Virus record (IMG/VR): IMGVR_UViG_3300010354_000522
Coordinates: 1 to 26,778 of that record
Direction: 5' to 3' (one strand)
DNA length: 26,778 nt
From: a virus
Taxonomy: Duplodnaviria; Caudoviricetes
Part shown: piece by piece, positions 1 to 8,171 of the stretch
Layout of the letters: every line of letters starts with the position of its first letter
How positions within the stretch are numbered: position 1 is the first letter of the stretch
Made by a program: the position numbers and the translations under genes
Notes under the pieces: generated by a model
Databases searched by the model: none
What the model was told of the DNA's origin: nothing
What the model saw: only the letters and a program-made list of their open reading frames with translations

Positions 1-3000
1 ACTCAAATACAAGTTGTTGGCGGTAATCAAACAACATCTAGATTCATTTATCTACCAGACGCAGACGGTAACTTTGCTGTCACATCTTCATCAACTGGCG
101 TTATAACTCTAGGTACAGATACATCTGGAAATTACATGACGGACCTTGTGGCTCCGGCGGGTTCATTTATTGACGTAACTCATACACCAGGTGAAGGTTC
201 TACTGCGAGTATTTCGCTCAATAGGGCAATAACTCTCAATTCACTACTAATGTCGCGTGCTGTTAATCAGCCAGCCGGAATATCAATTCAGGGAACAAAC
301 GACTCGCTCGGCTACCTACAGTGGACTACTACAGCTACAAGAACGGTAACAATCCCTGACGCTAGTGGAACAGTTGCGCTATCCTCAGCATCAACTGGAG
401 TGATTGCTCTCGGTACAGACACAACTGGCAATTACGTTACAGACCTTGTTGCTGGTAATGCAATAACAATTTCCCATACGCCAGGCGAAGGTTCAACTGC
501 TTCTATATCAATCGCAAATGGGGCTATAACCACAGAGCAAATTGCTAATGGAACTATTACGAATAGCGACATAAGCGAGAGTGCAAATATTGCCCTGCTG
601 AAACTGCAGAGTGGTTCCGCCGGACAGCTGATAGTTGCAAATGCGTCTGGCGTCCCAGCATACGTAAGCGCGGCGGGCGACGTTGTTCTAGACGCATCTG
701 GAAATTTCTCAATCACAGAAAATGCTGTAGCGCTAGGCACCAATACAACCGGCAACTATATGTCTGATGTCTATGGCGGTACTGGGGTAACAATTAACCA
801 CACTGCTGGCGAGGGTTCTACTGCAAGTATCTCAATTGGACAGGATGTTGCGACAAGCTCGAGCGTCACATTTGCGGCCATAACAATGACTGGGACTGTC
901 ACTGGAGACACAACGGTAGCAACAAAAGCATATGTAGATAATGTTGCTTCCGGTATTCACTATCACCTAGCGGCAAACTACGCAACTACGGCGGTTCTCC
1001 CAAATGGACCAACATATAGCAATGGAACAAGTGGTGTTGGCGCAACTCTAACAGCTAGCGCTAACGCCAGACTGGTTGTAGACGGATCTAACGTATCCAC
1101 TGGAGACAGAGTTCTTGTCAAAAACCAAGCCGATGCAAAACAAAATGGCATATATGAGTGCACGGAGCAGGGCTCAGTTTCTATCCCGTGGGTACTGACG
1201 AGAGCATCTGACTCAAATAACTCAATTGCTGGTCAGGTCAAGACGGGTGACTCGCTATTTGTTACTGGTGGAACAGCAAATATCAGAGTTGGATTTACTC
1301 TAACGTCAACAGGCAGTGGCGGTGGCGGAGTACATGTACTTGGCACTGATGATTTAACATTTACTGAATTCACTGGCATAAGCGTTTCAACAGCTGGAAC
1401 TGGCCTTGTCAAAGATGGAAACACCCTCAATGTTGCAACAGCAAATGCTGGTCGAATCGTTGTTAATGCTGATGATATTGACTTAGCCTTAGTCGGACAG
1501 ACAAATACAACTGGAACCTCTGGTGTTTCATTTGTCCAGTCACACACAGTTGATTCTTATGGTCGAGTAACCGGAACAGTAACCGCAGATGTGCGTGATG
1601 CGAGTACAACCCAAAAGGGCATTGCTCAGTTCAGTTCAAGCCATTTCTCAGTTTCGGGTGGTTCTGTTCAAATCGCTAATGGTGCGATTACAGCTGAACA
1701 AATCGCCAATGGCACAATCACTAATAGCGATATAAGTGAGAACGCAAGCATAGGTTTACTTAAGCTTCAGAGTGGAACTGCTGGTCAGATAATAGTTACA
1801 GATGCAACAGGTGTCCCCCAATATCAAACGCCATCTGGTGATATCACGGTCAATGCTTCAGGTGCATTCACAATTGCAGCAAATTCAGTTGCACTTGGAA
1901 CAGACACAACTGGCAACTACATGACCAACATAGTTGGATCTGGTGGAATAGTTGTAACTCACACACCAGGCGAAGGCTCAACTGCTTCGATATCGTTTGA
2001 TCCAGTAATCACATCAAGCAATGCTGGTTCCGACACGACATCGTTTATATCCTCAATTACAGTTAACTCAAACGGTCAGGTAACTGCCTACAATACCAGC
2101 TCGGTACAAGATGCAAGTACGACTCAAAAAGGTATAGCGCAATTTAACTCAAATCATTTCGCTGTATCAAGCGGTTCAGTATCCATAGCAAGTAATGCAA
2201 TTGCTCTGGGGACAAACACAACAGGCAACTATGTTGCAGATGTTGCCGGAGGAACTGGCGTAACCGTAACACATACCCCAGGCGAAGGTTCAACTGCCTC
2301 AATAGCAATTGGCCAGTCTGTCGCAACAACTGCAAGCCCAACATTTGCTGCAATAACAACAACTGGCACAGCATCTATAGGCACAAATGCAAGCGTATCG
2401 AGCGCTCTATTTGTTGCTGGCGGACAAATAGTTGCAAACGAATCAGCAAGTCAATCAAGAATATCTCTCAGACCGCTAAATGCTGGTGCGCCATACGAAA
2501 CATTAAGGCTGGCGTCTCAGTACAGCATAGGAACATTCAATACATCTGCTTACATACAGGGAATCAACTTCTCTGGAAACGTTGCATCTGGAATACAGCT
2601 AACTACTAGTACCGCTAACAGCGGATTCTCACCAGTAGTAACAATTGGTCCAAGAATTCTTGTTTCAGCAAGCTATGCAAGCGACCTGTCAAGCTCAATG
2701 ACTTCCGATGCATCTAGTTCCGTTCATCTTGCTGTTCAGCGATCAAACAGTTCATCTGCAGCGTTTGTTTTATATGACCAGGTATCTGGTTCATCAAACA
2801 TGCTTGAAGTAAGAGATTCATCAAATGCTGTGAGAATCTCTGTGGGGGTATCAGCTAATAACTACATGTTGTATGCTGAGTCGGCAAGCTTGACCACAGC
2901 GAGCGTTGGTGCCCTGAATATAAGTAATCTTACTGTTGGTGGGCCACTAACAGTAAGTGGTGATCTAACTGTTAATGGAACTACAACAACAATAAACTCA

Positions 3001-3876
3001 ACAACGCTTACTGTTGATGACCCAATTATTGTCTTAGGTGGAGACACTGCACCAATATCTGATGACAATAAGGATCGTGGCGTTTCATTCCGTTACTATT
3101 CTGGAACAGCAGCGTCCGTCGGATTCATGGGATATGACGACTCAACTGGAAAATTTAATTTCCTTACTGGAGCAACAAATTCTTCAGAAGTATTCTCCGG
3201 AACAAATGCATCGGTTCAGGTTGGTTCACTGCATGTAGTTGGCGGTGTTGGGGGAGCAGACTTCGTAACACTCAGTGGTGAAAGTTCGGAAGGAAGAGCA
3301 AGGGTAAACTACGCCTCGTTTGACCAATTTGTTGAGATGTACTCATCAATGTCTGGACAATTAATTCATTGGAAAACCTCTAATGGACTAACTGCGTCAA
3401 TACAATTTACTAGTGGTAACGTATTCACAATTAGCAAGCCAATAAGTAGCGCATCACTTTCTAGCGCTTCATTATCAAGTGCCTCAATTGTTGCACCATA
3501 TGTATCTGGAAGTGTTCAGTTTGATGCGAGCGCAAGCGTAACCTTGCCAGCAAAGACATTCTTTCCAGAAGAGTACTTATCTGTATCATCAAGCGTTACG
3601 CTTAACTCAACAACACACAGGTATGCAACCTTGGAAATGACTGCATCGGCTGGAACTTCAGTAATTACAGTTCCGGCAGATGCAAGCGATAACTTCCCAG
3701 TTGGGTCAGTTATACAGATAATAAGAGTAGGCGCTGGTGAAGTTCAGGTAACAGCCTCTGCTGGAGTAACTGTAAATAACGCTCTTGGATCTAGACTGCG
3801 TGCACAGTGGTCAACTGCTACACTACGCAAGCGGTCTTCCAACACATGGCTTCTGTCTGGTGACCTAAAGGTCTAA
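1..3876 (+). CDS. Long repetitive phage tail fibre protein (5'-truncated, >1291 aa)
   Basis: Frame 1 is open from base 1 (TQIQVVGGNQ...TLGTDTSGNY runs into the M at 136), so the true start lies upstream. The protein is rich in S/T/G/A, has recurrent ALGT(D/N)TTGNY and HTPGEGSTASI motifs and two DASTTQKGIAQ phage fibre repeats, and its C-terminal domain (LRAQWS...WLLSGDLKV) is shared with the fibre at 24364..25464. Confidence 0.85.
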   Translation, partial: TQIQVVGGNQTTSRFIYLPDADGNFAVTSSSTGVITLGTDTSGNYMTDLVAPAGSFIDVTHTPGEGSTASISLNRAITLNSLLMSRAVNQPAGISIQGTNDSLGYLQWTTTATRTVTIPDASGTVALSSASTGVIALGTDTTGNYVTDLVAGNAITISHTPGEGSTASISIANGAITTEQIANGTITNSDISESANIALLKLQSGSAGQLIVANASGVPAYVSAAGDVVLDASGNFSITENAVALGTNTTGNYMSDVYGGTGVTINHTAGEGSTASISIGQDVATSSSVTFAAITMTGTVTGDTTVATKAYVDNVASGIHYHLAANYATTAVLPNGPTYSNGTSGVGATLTASANARLVVDGSNVSTGDRVLVKNQADAKQNGIYECTEQGSVSIPWVLTRASDSNNSIAGQVKTGDSLFVTGGTANIRVGFTLTSTGSGGGGVHVLGTDDLTFTEFTGISVSTAGTGLVKDGNTLNVATANAGRIVVNADDIDLALVGQTNTTGTSGVSFVQSHTVDSYGRVTGTVTADVRDASTTQKGIAQFSSSHFSVSGGSVQIANGAITAEQIANGTITNSDISENASIGLLKLQSGTAGQIIVTDATGVPQYQTPSGDITVNASGAFTIAANSVALGTDTTGNYMTNIVGSGGIVVTHTPGEGSTASISFDPVITSSNAGSDTTSFISSITVNSNGQVTAYNTSSVQDASTTQKGIAQFNSNHFAVSSGSVSIASNAIALGTNTTGNYVADVAGGTGVTVTHTPGEGSTASIAIGQSVATTASPTFAAITTTGTASIGTNASVSSALFVAGGQIVANESASQSRISLRPLNAGAPYETLRLASQYSIGTFNTSAYIQGINFSGNVASGIQLTTSTANSGFSPVVTIGPRILVSASYASDLSSSMTSDASSSVHLAVQRSNSSSAAFVLYDQVSGSSNMLEVRDSSNAVRISVGVSANNYMLYAESASLTTASVGALNISNLTVGGPLTVSGDLTVNGTTTTINSTTLTVDDPIIVLGGDTAPISDDNKDRGVSFRYYSGTAASVGFMGYDDSTGKFNFLTGATNSSEVFSGTNASVQVGSLHVVGGVGGADFVTLSGESSEGRARVNYASFDQFVEMYSSMSGQLIHWKTSNGLTASIQFTSGNVFTISKPISSASLSSASLSSASIVAPYVSGSVQFDASASVTLPAKTFFPEEYLSVSSSVTLNSTTHRYATLEMTASAGTSVITVPADASDNFPVGSVIQIIRVGAGEVQVTASAGVTVNNALGSRLRAQWSTATLRKRSSNTWLLSGDLKV
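514..2310 (+). repeat. Internal protein-level duplications in the tail fibre
   Basis: An ~83-aa block (ANGAITxEQIANGTITNSDISE...LLKLQSG.AGQ.IV...GVP.Y...VALGTxTTGNYM) occurs at ~514-762 and ~1675-1923. A DASTTQKGIAQF..xHF block starts at 1597 and at 2110. Confidence 0.9.
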
Positions 3877-3894
3877 AATTAAGAGGATTTTAAA

Positions 3895-4443
3895 ATGGCT
3901 GGCGGAGCAAATCAAGAGAAAGAACCAGATCTCCCGAAAGGCGTGGTCCCAAACCTGTCCGGGCTTACGTCCGCCTCCGCGCAAACAGCTGTAACTAATG
4001 CTGGATTTATTGGATCTGCATCAACAACAACTCCGATAAATGATGCCTCTGGAACCATAGGTTCGGGAAACTTAAATAAAGTCACATCACAGACAGAAGC
4101 AGCAAACTCAGTTCTACCGCTCGGTGAGGTTATTGATTATGTCGTTTCGACGCCATATTTCCCTCCATTTTTCCCACCATTCTTTCCCCCACACTTCCCT
4201 CCGTTTTTCCCACCATTCTTCCCCCCACACTTCCCTCCGTTTTTCCCACCATTCTTCCCCCCACACTTCCCTCCGCACTTCCCGCCCCACTTCCCTCCGT
4301 TCTTCCCTCCCCACTTCCCTCCGCACTTCCCACCGCATTTTCCCCCATTCTTCCCTCCTCATTTCCCTCCACATTTCCCCCCTCACTTCCCTCCATTTTT
4401 CCCACCCCATTTCCCACCGCATTTCCCACCATCGTTTAAGTAG
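3895..4443 (+). CDS. PASTA-domain protein with C-terminal (PPFF/PPHF)n tandem repeat; putative fibre-associated protein and modification substrate
   Basis: An AGAGG RBS lies at 3882-3886. VVPNLSGLTSASAQTAVTNAGF...KVTSQTEAANSVLPLGEVIDYVVS fits the PASTA pattern (VP...G.....A...L...G...V..Q.......V..G..V...VS). It is followed by 23 PPxF units. Confidence 0.8.
   Translation: MAGGANQEKEPDLPKGVVPNLSGLTSASAQTAVTNAGFIGSASTTTPINDASGTIGSGNLNKVTSQTEAANSVLPLGEVIDYVVSTPYFPPFFPPFFPPHFPPFFPPFFPPHFPPFFPPFFPPHFPPHFPPHFPPFFPPHFPPHFPPHFPPFFPPHFPPHFPPHFPPFFPPHFPPHFPPSFK
4162..4437 (+). repeat. Coding tandem repeat, 23 x 12 nt, encoding PPxF (9 PPFF, 13 PPHF, 1 PPSF)
   Basis: Read directly from the sequence. 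The 36-nt super-unit cctccgtttttcccaccattcttccccccacacttc occurs twice exactly (4198-4269) plus one copy with 2 mismatches (4162-4197). Later units vary mainly at synonymous third positions. Confidence 0.97.
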
Positions 4444-4445
4444 AC

Positions 4446-5330
4446 ATGACATCTTTGGACAACATCACTTATCCAATCTCTAAACAAGTAGTTGATGAGA
4501 TTGAATTGCCAATATCCATATACGACATAAAGGTCTCTTCTGCTGATTTGCGGAATCAAGACCTTCTCGCTGGCCGCAAGGGAAAAGTAACACTTTTATT
4601 TAATGTCGCAGCGGGGTGCGGAAACATACCACAGCACTCAGTTCTGGAGCAACTGAACAAGATATATTCATCAGAGCCAGACTTTTCAATAATTGCAGTA
4701 ACTGTAGATGATTTTGTATGTCATGGGTATCCAGAGTTTCAGAATGGGCTCAACTCTTACATAGAGCAAAACTGTATCCAGTCAACACCTGGGCAGGTGG
4801 CAAAAAAGTATGCTGAGGATAACTTCAATACAACATATGAATTTACAGAGTTAACTAACGGTAGATTTGATAAACATACATACGATGAGAATTACGTTCC
4901 AGGCTTATTCAAATTGCAAGAACAGCATGAGCTATGGAAGTACTTAACCGGTTCGTATTCAGCTGACCTGAATGAAAATGGCGTTCCGTACCACGAAGAG
5001 GACATACCGTGGTCATATGCAGATCCTGTAAAAATTCCAGATGGAGCAAAAAGTTTTGTTCCGTTAAGAGGAAACTTCGAAAAATTCTTAGTCGACAGGA
5101 CTGGAAGGCGCATAAAAAGATATGCGAATGGTTTCCTTTTGGGGGAACGTGGTGTAACAAATGAAACATTCCCCTGGGTTGAGGAAAAGTATAAAGAGGA
5201 CGGCAGGCGCGACCACTCCCCAAAGGTTTCTGATGATGGGGAAAAGTGGCCGAGTAAAAAACAGCAGTTCGGTATTAATCTATCTCTTGAAATAATTCGC
5301 AGAGATATTGATGGATATTTAAATATCTAA
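4446..5330 (+). CDS. Divergent glutathione peroxidase-like (thioredoxin-fold) protein
   Basis: GKVTLLFNVAAGCG matches the GPx peroxidatic-Cys motif (GKvlLivNvAs.CG), and GNFEKFLVDRTG matches WNFeKFLvd..G. It has long insertions relative to typical bacterial GPx. Confidence 0.7.
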   Translation: MTSLDNITYPISKQVVDEIELPISIYDIKVSSADLRNQDLLAGRKGKVTLLFNVAAGCGNIPQHSVLEQLNKIYSSEPDFSIIAVTVDDFVCHGYPEFQNGLNSYIEQNCIQSTPGQVAKKYAEDNFNTTYEFTELTNGRFDKHTYDENYVPGLFKLQEQHELWKYLTGSYSADLNENGVPYHEEDIPWSYADPVKIPDGAKSFVPLRGNFEKFLVDRTGRRIKRYANGFLLGERGVTNETFPWVEEKYKEDGRRDHSPKVSDDGEKWPSKKQQFGINLSLEIIRRDIDGYLNI

Positions 5331-5340
5331 GTAAATTCAA

Positions 5341-6231
5341 TCACTCGTAAAATCCACCAACCTCATAACCTAATTGCTTTTTATCTTCTTCAGTAAACCC
5401 AAAAGCATCAACTAGATACTGGGAGTAGTGCTTTACTCCATCAATGAGCTGCATCTGATTTGAAACTCTTCCGGCAGTACTAAGTACTCTTTCCTGCTCG
5501 AGTTCCATCCATCTTTTTTTTCCATAAATCTTTTCGTTTAGCAACCATTCCCCAGATCCTTCATGCTGATATTTAACAAAAGAGCGTATTAGAAACTTTG
5601 TACCAGAATCTACAGCTTTTACTGCGTGAAAATATGGCTCTCTTCCCGGGAAAACTGGCGATCCAGATGGGAAAACTACGACATCTCCGGCCTCTGGTTT
5701 ATAGTTGAGAAATTCACCATTGAGGCTGGTGAATTTAATGTCCCCCCCCTCATAGTCATCATTTATGTAAATTGTGCATGTAAGAAGAAAATTTTCAAAT
5801 CTACTGAAATGTTGACTAACTATATAATCGGTGTGATATTGCATTACATTTCCATTGCCTGTCTCGATTCCCTCATAGTATGCGGCAAAGCTAACTCTTG
5901 AAATTATCGAATTATCCGGAATCGGTACATTATTTATTCCAACGTAGTGTGAAAATACTGAACTAATAACGTTCTGGAGTTGCTCTTCTATTGATCTTTC
6001 GTGATCGTACATCGGGTTTGAAAAATCTGTATCTAAAACGTTGTATTGTTTTGGCTCGCACAGCCTCCCAAATCCATACCAATCTTTCCATTGCCCAAAA
6101 TGATATTTACCATCTGAAGAATCAAGCGATTTTCTAAGGATCGAATGTATGTGTTCCTTATTGGGAAGAATATTCCTGTAAACAAATATTTTTGGATATA
6201 TTTCTTTATAAGAAAGATCAAAATTAATCAT
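5341..6231 (-). CDS. Fe(II)/2-oxoglutarate dioxygenase, prolyl-4-hydroxylase-like
   Basis: Motifs: HxD (YHTD), YINDDYEGGDIKF, KPEAGDVVVFPS, distal His (YFHAV) and the 2OG-binding basic residue (GTK). Confidence 0.85.
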   Translation of the reverse strand: MINFDLSYKEIYPKIFVYRNILPNKEHIHSILRKSLDSSDGKYHFGQWKDWYGFGRLCEPKQYNVLDTDFSNPMYDHERSIEEQLQNVISSVFSHYVGINNVPIPDNSIISRVSFAAYYEGIETGNGNVMQYHTDYIVSQHFSRFENFLLTCTIYINDDYEGGDIKFTSLNGEFLNYKPEAGDVVVFPSGSPVFPGREPYFHAVKAVDSGTKFLIRSFVKYQHEGSGEWLLNEKIYGKKRWMELEQERVLSTAGRVSNQMQLIDGVKHYSQYLVDAFGFTEEDKKQLGYEVGGFYE

Positions 6232-6238
6232 ATTTTGA

Positions 6239-6247
6239 ATGGTATCA
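6239..6247 (-). promoter_or_regulatory. Putative extended -10 promoter (TGATACCAT), leaderless
   Basis: A TGnTAnnnT match lies 7 nt before the ATG at 6231, with no SD between them. Confidence 0.4.
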
Positions 6248-6297
6248 GTCTGAGACTTAACTGATTGGTAAGCGCATTGGCGGACCGTGACGTGAAG

Positions 6298-6303
6298 TAT
6301 TAT
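6298..6303 (+). promoter_or_regulatory. Putative -10 element (TATTAT), leaderless
   Basis: A TAnnnT match lies 6 nt before the ATG at 6310, divergent from the promoter at 6239-6247. Confidence 0.35.
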
Positions 6304-6309
6304 CCTTGT

Positions 6310-7377
6310 ATGTCAATCAGTAGAAGAAATAGTGGGCAAGACCCCATTGTTTCATCATTTGGCAATAATGTAGAAGATCCATTTGCGATCATATATGAAG
6401 AGTCACTTGAGCCAAGGGACAGCAATAGGCCTTATCCTGGAAGAAATCTGTGTGGGATAACTGATTTTGACGGATCATCTCTTCCGTGGGGAAGGGTGGG
6501 CCTAGAGAAAAATCCAGACTTTGTTTGTATTGGTTGCTCATGCACTGTTTCTATGGGGTTAATTGAAGAGTACTCGTGGCCATCAATTATAAGAAAACTT
6601 ACTGGGGCGAAGGTCAATAATCTCTCCTCACCAGGTTCTGGAATGGAGTTTCTCTGTTCCGTCGCATTTGACTCATTTGCTGAATTTGGGAAACCCAAAA
6701 ATGTCTTAGCTCTTTTCCCAGATATTTACAGAATGTGGACAATAAACTCATATGCGGATCTGAGAAACGAGAAAAATCACACAATTCACGCTTCATGGCA
6801 TACCGACGTTCATGAGTATTTTCTTGATGTTCGCCACTCATTTGCAAGTGGTAGCGATAAGCCAGAAACAGTAAAACCTTTTGTATTCTCTGACAGCAGC
6901 GGCAGGAGGGCAACTTCTTCTGTTGACTTAACAATTTTCAATAGCTTTACTTCTCTGGAAATGCTTTTGCATTATTGCAAAATTAATAACATAAACTTTA
7001 AATTTTCTTCATGGGATAATGAGCTGAATTACTTACTTTCACAAATTCAGCATTATGAAAACAATTATGTTCAAGCAAAAATTTTTGAGAATAATACACA
7101 AATTTTAAAATCACAAAATCTAATAAAAAGCTCAACAAAAATGAACGACACTTGGTGGGATGGGGAAGCGGAAATAAGTCAAATATATAGAACACCATGG
7201 AGAAGGCTTGGCTTTGGGGATGAATGTAACCATCTTCCACAGACTAAATATCAAGAAAAATGGTGGAGTGTTGCTAGCGATATCGGCAAGCATCCTGGGA
7301 TCCACGATCAAATTCACTTTGCAGAACATCTCCTTGAGGAGAAAATCGGAAATGATTTTTTAAGGAAAATGCCATGA
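6310..7377 (+). CDS. SGNH/GDSL-hydrolase-like protein (paralog 1)
   Basis: Block I-like CIGCSCT, SWPSII, block II-like NNLSSPGSG and C-terminal SDIGKHPG. ATG 6310 is preferred over the ORF-track TTG at 6265. Confidence 0.6.
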   Translation: MSISRRNSGQDPIVSSFGNNVEDPFAIIYEESLEPRDSNRPYPGRNLCGITDFDGSSLPWGRVGLEKNPDFVCIGCSCTVSMGLIEEYSWPSIIRKLTGAKVNNLSSPGSGMEFLCSVAFDSFAEFGKPKNVLALFPDIYRMWTINSYADLRNEKNHTIHASWHTDVHEYFLDVRHSFASGSDKPETVKPFVFSDSSGRRATSSVDLTIFNSFTSLEMLLHYCKINNINFKFSSWDNELNYLLSQIQHYENNYVQAKIFENNTQILKSQNLIKSSTKMNDTWWDGEAEISQIYRTPWRRLGFGDECNHLPQTKYQEKWWSVASDIGKHPGIHDQIHFAEHLLEEKIGNDFLRKMP

Positions 7378-8171
7378 ACTCAAAAAGAATCGAATACGGA
7401 AATAGGCCGCCACAACTCTTAGTTTTAGAGAATTTCTTAAAAGAGGAAGAACTTTCTATATTTAGAAATCTTCTCCTTGGGGAATCTGACTGGGTAAAAC
7501 AGGAAAAATATTACCCAGATATAAGGCAGCACTATACGTTAAGCAATGAAAAGGGCGAAAATCCAGATTTGCTCAAGATTGATAGAGAAATAAAAAATAA
7601 AATACATGAGGAGCTGGAGAAACACTACGGGCAACTCCTCTTCGTACCGACAAATCTTTCATATAACAGATGGATGATTGGCGATGAAATCAAGTCCCAT
7701 AACGACAGTGGGCACCCATGGGGTGAACTAATAATAGAGGAAAGGGGTAATGAGAATCCTCCTGTTCCAATATCGGAACACTTTAACGATTATGCATCTG
7801 TTGTCTATTTAACCGATGAATACGATGGTGGAGAGTTCTTCTTCAACTACCTTGATTACAAAATCAAACCATCCGCTGGTGACGTAATCACATTTCCGGC
7901 AAATCATTTTTATACACACGGTGTAACAAAGCTTTTATCTGGAGAAAGAATGACAATTACTCTCTTTTGGCCAGGAGTTAGGTCTATTTGTCTGAGTCTT
8001 GTTAGTGAAGTTTATAGAAATTGGTGGAAGAGGGTTGATAATCCAGAACAGATATGGAAAGTAATTCCAAAGGGTTACATCGACTCCATCGATGAGGAAA
8101 TGCTCCCTCAAAAACCAAAGGAAGAACATTGTCATGAGGAAAATAAAGAATCAATTATTGAACCCGAATGA
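7374..8171 (+). CDS. Fe(II)/2OG dioxygenase, prolyl-4-hydroxylase-like
   Basis: Motifs: SHND, VVYLTDEYDGGEFFF, KPSAGDVITFP and YTHGVTKLLSGER. ATGA overlap with the upstream gene. Confidence 0.88.
   Translation: MNSKRIEYGNRPPQLLVLENFLKEEELSIFRNLLLGESDWVKQEKYYPDIRQHYTLSNEKGENPDLLKIDREIKNKIHEELEKHYGQLLFVPTNLSYNRWMIGDEIKSHNDSGHPWGELIIEERGNENPPVPISEHFNDYASVVYLTDEYDGGEFFFNYLDYKIKPSAGDVITFPANHFYTHGVTKLLSGERMTITLFWPGVRSICLSLVSEVYRNWWKRVDNPEQIWKVIPKGYIDSIDEEMLPQKPKEEHCHEENKESIIEPE

Noticed and set aside
136-138. ATG 136 as the start of the fibre gene
   Set aside because: The frame is open to base 1 and already contains a LGTDTSGNY repeat upstream, so the gene is truncated by the window.
4162-4437. 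Repeat as a CRISPR array, DGR repeat or functional G-quadruplex (the minus strand has many GGG runs)
   Set aside because: There are no unique spacers, cas genes or reverse transcriptase. The G-runs follow directly from Pro codons.
4114-4483. Overlapping ORFs across the repeat (W/R/E-rich and G/E-rich on the minus strand, S/H/L-rich on the plus strand)
   Set aside because: These are shadow frames that stay open because the C/T-rich repeat lacks stops. Only the PPxF frame shows synonymous-type variation, an RBS and a domain.
6244-6265. Inverted repeat ATCAGT-N10-ACTGAT between the divergent genes
   Set aside because: The arms are only 6 bp and it occurs once, so it cannot be distinguished from chance.
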